Source: Terriglobia bacterium
GTDB taxonomy: Bacteria > Acidobacteriota > Terriglobia > JAJPHL01 > JAPKYU01
Assembly: GCA_965206645.1 (NCBI GenBank)
Contig: CBDBKE010000004.1
Span: 1,888,001 to 1,952,000, forward strand
Direction of reading: 5' to 3'
DNA: 64,000 nt
Shown: piece by piece, positions 22,704-32,337 of the stretch
Layout: each line of letters begins with the position of its first letter
How positions within the stretch are numbered: position 1 is the first letter of the stretch
Notes under the pieces: generated by a model
The model's database searches: none
What the model was told of the DNA's origin: nothing
What the model saw: only the letters and a program-made list of their open reading frames with translations
Program-made: the position numbers and the translations under genes

Positions 22704-23561
22704 TTAAGCCGCTCTTTGAGACCTCCGCTCTTCTGATTCCCGCAAGGCAACAAGGTCTGCCACGTCCCACAGCCGATCTGTAACGCCAGCGGCCATTGCA
22801 GGGGTGACACGCAAGGTCCGGTGAATCTTGATGAAGTTGTAAGCGAAGTAATACAACGCCACAGCCGCTGCGTGATTCTCGATCTTGCGGCTGAAGGCGT
22901 TTGTCAAGCGGGTGTAGCGGCGCATGCCCATGCGGGCCGAAAGATTCTGCCGCTCAACGTAGGATGTGGAAATGTGCTTCGGATCTGGATTGCCGCCAAT
23001 GGCCACGGCTCGACAACCAATGCACTCCGCTGGGCTGTAGCGGACTTGGCCTTCTCGGTCTGATCCGTAGAGCTTAATCAGCATTGCGTAATCCACATTC
23101 GAGCCGAAAGCGCTTTCTACCGCGTCCAGGTAAGCTTTGTGTCCGTCGCTGGTGAGTTGGACGCGATTATTCAGACGTGAGGCCAAATCGCTAACGAAAT
23201 CGTGTGCGGTTCCCGCGCCACGATCACCTAGCCGCCATGACGGCACGAGCTTTGTATCCGCATCAATCGCCATCCAGAGCCACACATCGCCGGCATGGGG
23301 GTTCTTAGCTGCAATGTCCGGCGTCACATTCTTATGCTTGCAATAACAAAATGACCACAGTTCGTCTGGCTGCAGTCGGCGGCAATTGAGCTTTCGGAAC
23401 ATCAGGTCCTGGTAATCTGAACACACCGCGCCAACCTCCACCAGGAGACGCATCACGGTCTTCTTCGCAACGCCCGTCATGCGGACGGTAGAGCGGATGG
23501 AGCAACCTTCCACCAGACACTTGATGGCTTGTGCCCGCCGTTCTCTGTCTAGTCTGTTCAT
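22704..23561 (-). CDS. IS1-family-like DDE transposase
   Basis: N-terminal HTH (LVEGCSIRSTVRMTGVAKKTV), DELWSF, LTSDG, STSYVERQN, RYTRLTNAFS, TPAMAAG. Confidence 0.9.
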   Translation of the reverse strand: MNRLDRERRAQAIKCLVEGCSIRSTVRMTGVAKKTVMRLLVEVGAVCSDYQDLMFRKLNCRRLQPDELWSFCYCKHKNVTPDIAAKNPHAGDVWLWMAIDADTKLVPSWRLGDRGAGTAHDFVSDLASRLNNRVQLTSDGHKAYLDAVESAFGSNVDYAMLIKLYGSDREGQVRYSPAECIGCRAVAIGGNPDPKHISTSYVERQNLSARMGMRRYTRLTNAFSRKIENHAAAVALYYFAYNFIKIHRTLRVTPAMAAGVTDRLWDVADLVALRESEERRSQRAA

Positions 23562-23597
23562 GTCGCGATTGCACCTAAAGCCGATTTAGCATGTCAA
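23562..23597 (-). promoter_or_regulatory. Putative sigma70 promoter for leaderless transposase mRNA, with palindromic spacer
   Basis: Minus strand TTGACA-18nt(CTAAATCGGCTTTAG palindrome)-TGCAAT-6nt-ATG. Confidence 0.45.
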
Positions 23598-23891
23598 GAA
23601 AAATCTTTCTGTAGTGAGCTGGGATGTGGATTATTTCCGCCGGGAAATATCCCTTGCGTGAGGGCTGCTCCTGTGCTGAAGATGTAGGGAGTGGCGAGCC
23701 CGGTTTACAAGGTGTTGCCCCACGCCGGGCCCGCCGCAGAGAGGAGCGGTAGCTATTATGAGAGTCTGAGCGGGCCATGCGCCCGCGCTAGCCCACGGGT
23801 GAGGCCAAAAGCCCCACCCGTGGGCTAAGCAACCAATCCCTCTTTGAGTTTTATACCACGTTTTCGCTTGAATTAGAAGGAGAAAACGAAT

Positions 23892-24374
23892 ATGGAAAAG
23901 GCCCGCCAAGCCACGGACTACGCAGCCATTCTGGATGACATGGAAACCAAGAAGGCTAGCCTGGAGACGGCTATCTCAAGTTTGCGGGCGGCTCTTGCCG
24001 CCGGTTCTTTGGGTGTTACAGCCGACGTATCTCCAGGGGTGGTATCGGCCGCACCAGCACTAAGGACACCAGGCGAACCGGGTTCCCTTCCTAGGGGTGC
24101 CTTATTGAGCAAGACGGCTCCCGAGGCGATCAAGCTATACCTCAGCGCCGTTCGGCAGAAGAAGACGAACAAGGAAATCGCCCAGACCTTACAAGAGCAC
24201 GGCGTGGAATCTACCGGGAAGAAGTTCGACAACTTCATAAACCATAGTTTGTTTCGGCTGAAGAAGCAAGGGGTGGTGCTTCGGTTCGACGACGGGTGGG
24301 CTCTAGCCGAATGGTACCCCGAGCCGTTTAGGAATCGTCTGAGCCAAGACAAGAGCAAGCTCGACAGGAAGTAA
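23892..24374 (+). CDS. Passenger protein: coiled coil plus winged-HTH (HARE-HTH-like)
   Basis: RBS AGGAG; amphipathic N-terminus; PEAIKLYL..KEIAQTLQEHG..INHSLFRL..WALAEWY. Confidence 0.65.
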   Translation: MEKARQATDYAAILDDMETKKASLETAISSLRAALAAGSLGVTADVSPGVVSAAPALRTPGEPGSLPRGALLSKTAPEAIKLYLSAVRQKKTNKEIAQTLQEHGVESTGKKFDNFINHSLFRLKKQGVVLRFDDGWALAEWYPEPFRNRLSQDKSKLDRK

Positions 24375-24416
24375 AGGCGAAGCCTAAGCCTAAGAAGCAA
24401 TCGGCTCAGCGGGGGG

Positions 24417-24695
24417 CTAGGATTCGGAAGTCCGCTTAGGCTTGCGGCGCTTTGACCAGCGGACGCAGGCGGCCTTGAAGGCGATCTGGCTGCGCTGTTC
24501 TTGTGTGAGGGTTTCGAGCCGCCGCTTACCACCGATCTTGCCGCCTTTGCGTCCCAACGCGGACATGACAAGCGAAATTTCAGCCGGTGTCGGCCCTTTT
24601 GCTTTCTCCGATTTTTCCGTGGATAGATTTCCTAGAAAGTGAGCTAGTTTGTTTATGTCCCCAGGTCTCCTGGCTTTGCTTAATGGCTTTGGCAT
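24417..24695 (-). CDS. Passenger: small basic KGG-motif (histone-H1-like) protein
   Basis: RPGDINKLA...MSALGRKGGKIGGKRRLETLTQEQRSQIAFKAACVRW. Confidence 0.7.
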   Translation of the reverse strand: MPKPLSKARRPGDINKLAHFLGNLSTEKSEKAKGPTPAEISLVMSALGRKGGKIGGKRRLETLTQEQRSQIAFKAACVRWSKRRKPKRTSES

Positions 24696-24840
24696 ATTTA
24701 CAGTATGCCACGGCATCGCTGTATATGGAAGACCCGCAAAATCCAAAGTAGCCCACTACCGCCCGCCTGGGGAAGTTGACAGCGCGGTGCTCACGTGAAA
24801 AAATCATATAGGGTCTTCCGCCAAGTAGATAGTTCCCTGT

Positions 24841-24927
24841 GCCCAAGTGGCGGAATTGGCAGACGCGCTAGATTCAGGTTCTAGTGAGCGAAAGCTTGTG
24901 GAGGTTCGAGTCCTCTCTTGGGCACCA
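24841..24927 (+). tRNA. tRNA-Leu(CAG)
   Basis: 87 nt, acceptor GCCCAAG/CTTGGGC+ACCA, D arm TGGCGGAATTGGCAGACGC, anticodon loop TTCAGGT, long variable arm, GGTTCGAGTCC. Confidence 0.97.
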
Positions 24928-24960
24928 TTTAATTCCAGGGCACTTACGCTGTTGCCGCTT

Positions 24961-25585
24961 TCACCAAGCGCGTGCCTGATTTTCGCCGGTGTCAGTTCTA
25001 GTGTCAGTTGCGCCCTGTGTCGGGAGCTCCACTGCCTCTTGCAGGTGGGCTTCTCCCAGGTGGGAATACCGGAGGGTTGTTTCAATCCGTTTGTGCCCCA
25101 TCAGCACCTGGACGGTCCGTAGCGGAACCCCAGCCATTACTAGCCGACTGGCAAAAGTGTGCCGCAGATCATACCAGCGGAAATTGGCAATCTCCGTTGC
25201 CTCTAGGCATTCATTGAACCATTCCTGCCTGTCGTGAATTGGCGCGCCTTCAGAGCCGGGGCAGACGTAGCCGAACGGGATTCGAGGCAACCTTGCCATT
25301 GCGACCTGCCAGCGAAAACACCAGGCTCAGGAGCGCCCGATAGCGGTCGACGGTAGCGGGCTTCCTTCCATCCTCAGCCAGCTCGTGTAACTTGCGCTCT
25401 ATGTCCTGTGGGGTAATGTCTTCGGCTGGCCGATCCCCAAACCAATCCTTCAAAGTTTCCATGTGCCACTTGTCTATGCGGTAGGCTTCGGGCACTTTCG
25501 TTGCCTTGGAGTAATCCAGCGCCTCATGGCAATCTTGGAAAAAGCCACGTTCACCTGCCGCATCGTCTCCGGCACGTTCTTCCCC
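24961..25585 (-). pseudogene. Tyrosine integrase remnant (frameshifted, internally deleted)
   Basis: C-terminal RWYDLRHTFASRLVMAG..VQVLMGHK..TLRYSH; core-binding part ITPQDIE..KPATVDRYRALLS..SNPV; box I Arg region missing. Confidence 0.9.
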
Positions 25586-25989
25586 TGGAGCTCGAAGTCG
25601 TAGTAGCCGCCTACATGGGGCAACTTGTCCAACCTCTCCGAGGTTTGGTCGAGATCTTCCCTCGTAGCGGTGAGGGTTTCATCGCCCTCTTCTCGATCGG
25701 CTTTTTCGCTCGCTATTGCTTGCGAAACCGCCCCGACCTGCTCGCGGGTCCTCACCTGTGAAGCTTCCATCGCCTCTACCCGTTGCAGCAGGTCCTGGAT
25801 CAGGGCCGCCTGCTCCTCAATGAAAGACTCGTGGGCGGCTATCTTTTTCTTCAGCTGAACAATCTCTTCCGGATTTTCCGCCTCTTGCGCGGCAGCCGGT
25901 GCAAAACCCAACAGGAACAGCATGATCGCAAGCCCGGAAGAATACGCCAATCGCATACCGATTCCCTGAATGTTTCCCGGTACGGTCAT
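25586..25989 (-). pseudogene. N-terminal part of a secreted coiled-coil/porin-like protein, fused to the integrase remnant
   Basis: Signal peptide plus coiled coil, then HVGGYYDFE (typical barrel start), then integrase-derived sequence. Confidence 0.55.
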
Positions 25990-26024
25990 TTGAGCCTCCT
26001 GCCCGATAGGGCGATCGATTCGAT

Positions 26025-26687
26025 CTATGCTGAACGGCTTCTAAAAGAGGCATCAGGCAATGCAATCTTGCCCAGATCGTGCAGGATGCCGCCGCGGCAC
26101 AACGCCTCCAGGTCAGCTTCGGGCAATCCTAACTGCCTGCCCAGGGCCGGCGAGTAGGCCGACAGCCGCTCGCAGTGCCCTTCGGTGTAGGGATCGCGAG
26201 CTTCGACACTGCGCGCCAGGGCGAACAGGACACCTTCGGCGTGCTCCAGCTCATCGGTGAACTGTTTCAGCCGCAGCAGCGACCGCAACCGAGCCAGCAG
26301 CTCCTGGCGGTCGAAGGGCTTGGTGAGGAAGTCGTCGGCCCCGGCTTCGATGGCGCGAATCCGGTCAGCCCGCTCGTGCAGTGCCGTCACCATCACCACC
26401 GGGATCAAGCGGAATGCCGGATTGCTCTTGATCCGGCGGCACACCTCGAAGCCGTCGGGCGGTGGCATCATTGCGTCCAGCAGCACCAGATCAGGCTGGC
26501 ATTGCTCTACCTGCTGGAGCGCTTCTGCTCCATTGGCGGCACCCAGCAGGCGGTAGCCCAGCGGCTCCAGCATGTCGCGCAGGAGCATGCGGTTGACCTG
26601 CTCATCGTCCACCGTCAAGATCGCTGGGGTGGGCAGGCGCGGATCCTGCGCAGGGTTGCCAGCGGTTCGGCTGCTTCTGGTATCCAT
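26025..26687 (-). pseudogene. Response regulator REC + HD-GYP, truncated within the HD domain
   Basis: ILTVDD, DLVLLDAMMP, DFLTKP, EARDPYTEGHCER, LHDLGKI; then ends. Confidence 0.85.
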
Positions 26688-26702
26688 GGGTTATGAGCCT
26701 GC

Positions 26703-27387
26703 TTAGCGCTCCAGTGCCTGGCGCACCTTGCGGGCCAGGTCCGCCGCGGTAAATGGTTTCTGGAGGAAGGCCACGCAAGGCTCCATCACCCCGTGGTGAA
26801 CGGCGGCGGCGGCGGTGTAGCCGGACATGTAGAGCAGTTGATCCCCGGGCGCAGGGAGGCCAGGCGTTGGGCCAACTGGCGTCCGTTGACCTCAGGCATC
26901 ACAACGTCAGCCACCAGCAGGTGGATCCGGCGTTCATTCCGTTGGACGAGCCGTGTGGCCTCGGCACCATCTCCGGCGGCCAGCACGTTGTAGCCGTTCC
27001 TCTCCAGAGTTCAGGCAGCCAACTCCTGGACCGCCTTTTCATCTTCCAGCACGCCCTGCTTAAGGTATTCGACAGTGCCTTCTTCGCCCAGAGTCGCCGT
27101 GACGACCAAAAAGGGGATGTCTTTTCTGGACTGCTCGCGATCATCTCCAAGGCGTCAGTCCCTGCCCAGCTGCCCAGATTATGGTCGCTGAGAATCAGGT
27201 TGTATCCTGCGTGCTCCAGGCGCCGCTGGAACGCTCCGGGGGAGTTAACCGCTTCAAAGAAAAGGGAATAGCCCGCTCGTTTCAGCGTCGCCACCATCAG
27301 TTCCACATCCGCAGATTTATCGTCTGCAATGAACACGCGAAGGGGGCTTCGCGAGACGCTTGGAGTTTCTGTTTGAGCTTTAGACAT
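26703..27387 (-). pseudogene. Hybrid sensor kinase remnant: N- and C-terminal REC domains joined, kinase core deleted
   Basis: RVFIADDKSADVEL...ILSDHNL joined to EDEKAVQE...IHLLVADVVMPEVNG...LYMSGY...FLQKP, with stops and frameshifts. Confidence 0.75.
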
Positions 27388-28050
27388 CGGTGGCGGTGAC
27401 TTACAAAAACTAGTTCGCGGCAGGACGGACATGCAACTCAGAGTCCCTTTATCAGGCGCTTTGCTACCACGCAGATAGAAAGCTGGGGGAGCCCTTGGGG
27501 GTCCACTTCGGCATGCCATTCCCAGATTGGGACTTGGCCCGTCGCTGCCGCGCCCCTACTTGGGCCCCGGGATGGACACCGCCCTGGACCAGGTTCTCAT
27601 GCAGTGGCAGGCAACGCCTGAGCTGATAGAATTTCGGCTATGCGCGAATACACCAAAGAACACGCGCGGGCACGAAATCGGCACTTCAGTGCTCGACTCA
27701 TCGCGAATCCACCTGGCCTTGTAACGCCCTTATCGGAAACTGAGCCACTGCCCTGGCGGGCGTAGAGGGTCGTTTTTCCGGAAGCCGACTCCTCATTCCT
27801 AATCTGTTTTGGAGGGTGTATCAACTCGAAGTTGTAGAACCCAGACCGGTTCATCCCAACGGGTTCTCGTTTAGAAAAGCTAACCTTGCGCAGGCATACG
27901 CCAAAGTGAGCCGTGTAGTTCCTGTCGCCCACTTCTCGCCCGCTGCAGAGCTGAAACCTTCGTAATCTTTCCTCTTTTCTGTTGGCGAAAAATCCGGGAA
28001 CCTGTTGAGGTTTATAAGCGTTTCGTTAGAAACCACTTGGTTTCGGATAC

Positions 28051-28109
28051 GATTCAGGTTCTAGTGAGCGAAAGCTTGTGGAGGTTCGAGTCCTCTCTTG
28101 GGCACCATT
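28051..28109 (+). repeat. attR: duplicated 3' half of tRNA-Leu
   Basis: Exact copy of 24871-24929. Confidence 0.95.
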
Positions 28110-28183
28110 AACTTACGGACACTGGCAATCCTCTGAACCTGTATATGCTTGCAGTTTTTCGGTAGAGGGGTGGCTTTTAGCTT

Positions 28184-28238
28184 GTCCAGGCTGGATCGTA
28201 GGTAAGCACTAGCCCGTTGGTCGGGACCTGCCCGGCAT
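28184..28238 (+). repeat. dif-like palindromic site S1
   Basis: 46/55 identical to 40337-40391; core GGTAAGCACTA-GCCCGT-TGGTCGGGACC (28201-28228). Confidence 0.8.
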
Positions 28239-28548
28239 ATCTATCCTCCGACGAAGTGGACATTCGACCCCCGCCACACTGTCGTGATTCCACTTCCCCA
28301 CCAAAGTCAGTGCTTCTCAGGAATGGAAGAGCGTCCCGAAAACGCCGACTTACCAGAAAGAAACCCAAGGATATGCGAGAAGCGCCAGTTCCTACTCGTG
28401 CGCCTCAGACTCCCATTGCTCGACGAGATGGCACAGCCGCACAACGATCTCCGGGCGGCGCAAGTGGGTGGCATTCCGGGGGACGTCACCACCCCGTGAA
28501 CGTCCGGTTCCTTTCAGGTGATCCGGACCTACCCGCCCTGCCTCTTTA

Positions 28549-29262
28549 CTATCCCCCCAGGTAGAGACGCTTCACCTCCTCATTGTGCATGATCTCCTCG
28601 CCAGTTCCCTCGAAACGCTTTCTTCCCAGCTCCAGGACGATCGCATGATGTGAAATAGCCAATGCCCTCTTTGCATTCTGTTCTACAATCAGGACGGCGA
28701 TTCCATCGGAATTGATCTCGCGGATCTTTTCGAATACGATTTCAGTTGTCTTCGGCGCTAGGCCTAAAGACGGCTCATCGAGCAACATCAATCGTGGATG
28801 TAATAACAGGACTCTTCCCATCTCAAGGATTTGTTGCTCACCCCCACTGAGATTGCCAGCCATTTCATTTGCCTTTTCTCGAAGAACCGGAAATTTGTCC
28901 ATCACCTCCTAGATGTCGTTCTCGATCTTCTCATCGTTACGCGTGAACGCACCCATCTCGAGGTTTTCCCTGACAGTCATCGCTGGAAAATTACATCGAC
29001 CCTGCGGGACGTAAGACAATCCCCTTTTCAGCATCCCCGCAGGGTTGAGATTGGTAATATCCGAGCCATCAAACAGAACGCTGCCTCGTCGGGCTTTGAT
29101 GAGTCCGAAGACTCCTTTAACCAAAGTAGACTTGCCAGCTCCATTCGGGCCTATAACACATGCTATCTCGTGTCGCTGGATCTGAGCGGAGACTCCCTTG
29201 ATAACATCAATCTCGCCGTAGCCAGTAACATAGTCCTTGATGTCCAGTATTACGTCACCCAT
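28549..29262 (-). pseudogene. BCAA-type ABC ATPase (LivF-like) with in-frame TAG at 28909-28911
   Basis: GPNGAGKST; LSGGEQQ, LLDEPSLGLAP; the two ORFs are in the same frame. Confidence 0.88.
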
Positions 29263-29304
29263 AATTCTCGCACCATCTCGTCACCACGACGAGCCATAGA
29301 CGAA

Positions 29305-30060
29305 CTATGACCCAAAGTAGGCTTCGATAACATCGTCGTTTCTTTTAATGTCCTCCGGCCTCCCTTCCGCGAGTTGTTCTCCATAATTGAGAACGACCAC
29401 CCTGTGGCAAAGCTCCATGACGACGTCCATATTGTGTTCTATGATGCAGAATGTACACGCATTCCTATTTATTCGAACGATATGATCCATCATCTTCCTG
29501 ATCATCGTTGGATTTACGGCTGCTACGGGCTCATCTAGCAAGACGATCTCCGGGTCAGGCATAAACGCCATGGGAAACTCCAGGAGCTTCTGTTGCCCAT
29601 AGGAAAGATGTCCAGCCAGGTTGTCCTTCAGGTGAGCGATGTTTACGAGCTCCAATAACTCGGAAGCCCTTTCCTCGGCTTCCTTCTCAAGGCGCCTGAT
29701 GCGCGGAGTTCTAAATATGGATGCCAGGACCCGCTCTCCCTGATGCTGCTGTATCGCCAGCAGCATGTTGTCCATCACCGTCATTGCGGGAAATATTCTT
29801 ATGATCTGAAACGTCCTACTCAGGCCCCTAAGGGCGATTTCATGAGTCTTCAGGTTGGTGATGTCCCCCCCCCTGAAGTGGACTCTTCCCCCCGTAACCG
29901 GCAGCAGACCCGTTACGCAATTGAACAGCGTGGTCTTTCCGGAGCCATTCGGTCCAATGAGACCAACTATTTCACCCTTATTGATGTGAAGGTTAACTCT
30001 ATGGAGAGCAGTCACGCCAAGGAACGTCTTGGTCAAATCTATTGTCTCCAGTAGTGTCAC
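29305..30060 (-). CDS. BCAA-type ABC ATPase (LivG-like)
   Basis: GPNGSGKTT, RTFQ, LSYGQQK, LLDEP, IEHNM, VIEAYFG. Confidence 0.9.
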   Translation of the reverse strand: MTLLETIDLTKTFLGVTALHRVNLHINKGEIVGLIGPNGSGKTTLFNCVTGLLPVTGGRVHFRGGDITNLKTHEIALRGLSRTFQIIRIFPAMTVMDNMLLAIQQHQGERVLASIFRTPRIRRLEKEAEERASELLELVNIAHLKDNLAGHLSYGQQKLLEFPMAFMPDPEIVLLDEPVAAVNPTMIRKMMDHIVRINRNACTFCIIEHNMDVVMELCHRVVVLNYGEQLAEGRPEDIKRNDDVIEAYFGS

Positions 30061-31019
30061 GCTGTTTTACACTTCCTTTTGGAAAGGAGTGCGTCCACCC
30101 TCCCTCCAATTCCCTCGGGCATAAGAACAACCGTGAATAACAATACACAACCGTATATGATATCCTTGAACTCAGGCGCTATTCTCAGATATTCGGGAAT
30201 GAAGGTAACAAGTATCGCCCCCAGGATAACTCCATGAATTGTGCCGGAGGCCCCAACGATCACCATGATCAGAAGCATTGTGATGTAATAACAGTCTGAG
30301 AATTCAGGTCCTACGAAAGTAATATAGTGGGCTGTTACACTCCCCGCGAGGCCGGCGAAACAAGCACTGATTGTGAAATCGATCATTCTGTACTTGAAGG
30401 CTTTAACCCCACGGGCTTCCGCAAGCACCTCGTTCTCCCTGATGGAAACGAACGCCCTTCCGACCCTTGAGTGCATCATGTAGTAAATACATACACACGT
30501 AGCGGTCACTAAGGCCAGAACAAAATAGTAGTATTCCGTGGCGGTGTCGATAACGATGCGACCGAGGAAAGGGACATTTATAATGGGCCGTGCAACGCCA
30601 GGAATCCCCATGGGACCATTCGTCAGCTGAACCCAGTTTATCCATATCGCTCTAGTAATGAGCGTAAACGCTAGAGTTACGATAGCAAAAGAATGATACG
30701 ATAGCCTTAGCGCTGCAAAGCCCACCGACACCGCGACGATTGATGCCACGGCACCGGCAAGTGGCAGAGCGACAATAAAGGGAACCTCCAGTTTTATGAC
30801 CAGTAAAGCCGAGGCATAGGCTCCAACTCCATAAAACGCTGGGTGCCTCAGGGACAGCATTCCTAGGTACCCGACGACGATGTCGTAACTGAGAGCAAAT
30901 ATTATGTAGATTCCTGACAAGATGATCAGATGCATAACGTAAGGAGAGGTTATGTAGAAGGGAACCCCGAGCAAGAGAAGTCCTCCAACAATGGTGACCA
31001 GAGGCCTCCTTCTGCCCAT
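30057..31019 (-). CDS. BCAA-type ABC permease (LivM-like)
   Basis: AFYGVGAY, LTNGPMGI, SRVGRAFVSIRENE; some aberrant substitutions. Confidence 0.88.
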   Translation of the reverse strand: MGRRRPLVTIVGGLLLLGVPFYITSPYVMHLIILSGIYIIFALSYDIVVGYLGMLSLRHPAFYGVGAYASALLVIKLEVPFIVALPLAGAVASIVAVSVGFAALRLSYHSFAIVTLAFTLITRAIWINWVQLTNGPMGIPGVARPIINVPFLGRIVIDTATEYYYFVLALVTATCVCIYYMMHSRVGRAFVSIRENEVLAEARGVKAFKYRMIDFTISACFAGLAGSVTAHYITFVGPEFSDCYYITMLLIMVIVGASGTIHGVILGAILVTFIPEYLRIAPEFKDIIYGCVLLFTVVLMPEGIGGRVDALLSKRKCKTA

Positions 31020-31031
31020 ATGCGTTAGCGC

Positions 31032-31897
31032 CTATATTCCTATCTTTCTGCCAAATAGGCCGTGTGGCTTAAACAGCAGTACGAGGATCAACATTAGGAA
31101 AGCGAACACATCTTCATACTGCAAGGAAACGTACGCCACGGCAAAACTCTCGACGATGGCCAAGATGAACGATGCGTAGATCGTCCCCTTCACATTGCCA
31201 AAGCCACCCATGATGACTACTGCGAAGCATTTCGGGACCAAAAGCAATCCCATCACTGGATGGATGGCCATAATGGGAGCCACGATAGCGCCGCCAAAAC
31301 CAGATAGACCGGCGCCCAATGCGAAGGCAATGGTTAAAATCTTGCGACGTCGATTCCAGCAATACGACATGACTCCTTGTTATGAGATACGGCCCGGAAG
31401 GCTTTACCAGTCTTTGTGCGGTGAATGAAGAAATGCAATCCGGTGAAAATGATCAGGGCACACACAATGATCAGCAGCCTCTGGAACGTGATCACAACTC
31501 CGAATATGTGAATGTTCATACTCGCGAGGTCCATGATGATTGTCCTGGGATTGGGTGTCCAAAGCAGTATGACACCGTTTTGCATGATGATAGATATTCC
31601 AAGGGTCGAAAGTAGCGGTAGCTGCCATGCCTTTCCAATCAGAGCACGGATGGCAAATCTCTCTACGATTATCCCAACGATGATCATCAGGCCGACCGAA
31701 ATCAGGATCGCAAGTGGATAGGAGAGCTGAGCCGTGTAGGCCAGAAGGGTGATATACGCCCCGAGCGTGTAAAACTCGCCCTGGGCGAAATTCACGACCT
31801 CAAGGATTCCGAACACGATGGTGAGTCCCACTGCGACCATCGCGTAGACGGCGCCGAAGAACAGGCCGATCACAATGAGCTGAAAGAAAGTCTCCAT
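31032..31897 (-). pseudogene. BCAA-type ABC permease (LivH-like), frameshifted near 31350
   Basis: GLTIVFGILEVVNFAQG, TKTGKAFRAV; second frame FAVVIMGGFG, LLFKPHGLFG. Confidence 0.88.
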
Positions 31898-32337
31898 GCG
31901 CAGGCTTACGCCAGGCCGTTCCGAGGAACGCTATCACCCTACGAGCGCTTGCGTTTTATTTGTTGCCCTGGCCTAGTGTGCTTTCTTTTCCCAGGCTTCC
32001 CAGTAGCCTTGGGGTCTGCCGACTTCCACAGCCTTCATGACCTTTACCTTGCCATCGTCGATCTTCGCGATGACCACCCATGTCCACGCCTGATTATGTT
32101 CGTCAAACCTGACATGTCCAGCGATTGTCTTCAGATCCACCTTTGTCAGTCCTTCCCTTATGGCGTCGGGTGTGGCTGCTTGTGATATCCTGATTGCCTC
32201 CGCGATCAACTGAACACCAACATAGCTATAAGCGGAATGTTCAATGAGGTCATATCCCCACCTCGCGATATAATCCTCCTCGAACTTCTTGTTCATCGGA
32301 TCCTGTATCTTGGATACCAGGATTCACAGCCAAACAA

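Larger units (their letters stand above)
22685..24760 (-). mobile_element. IS1-family-like transporter IS (2076 bp) carrying two passenger genes
   Basis: Perfect 17-bp TIRs GGTAGTGGGCTACTTTG (22685-22701) / CAAAGTAGCCCACTACC (24744-24760); 8-bp TSD GCCCGCCT at 22677-22684 and 24761-24768. Confidence 0.93.
24871..28109. mobile_element. Degenerate integrative island at tRNA-Leu, bounded by 59-bp direct repeats (attL/attR)
   Basis: 24871-24929 is identical to 28051-28109 (anticodon loop to tRNA 3' end); integrase remnant adjacent. Confidence 0.92.

Noticed and set aside
25999-26011. TGCCCGATAGG upstream of the porin-like gene as a dif-like site
   Set aside because: Only 10/11 of the flanking tail matches and the core is absent; too weak
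28909-28911. In-frame TAG as possible recoding (pyrrolysine or readthrough)
   Set aside because: Neighbouring genes of the operon are frameshifted, and TAG is a normal stop elsewhere in the window; simple decay is more likely
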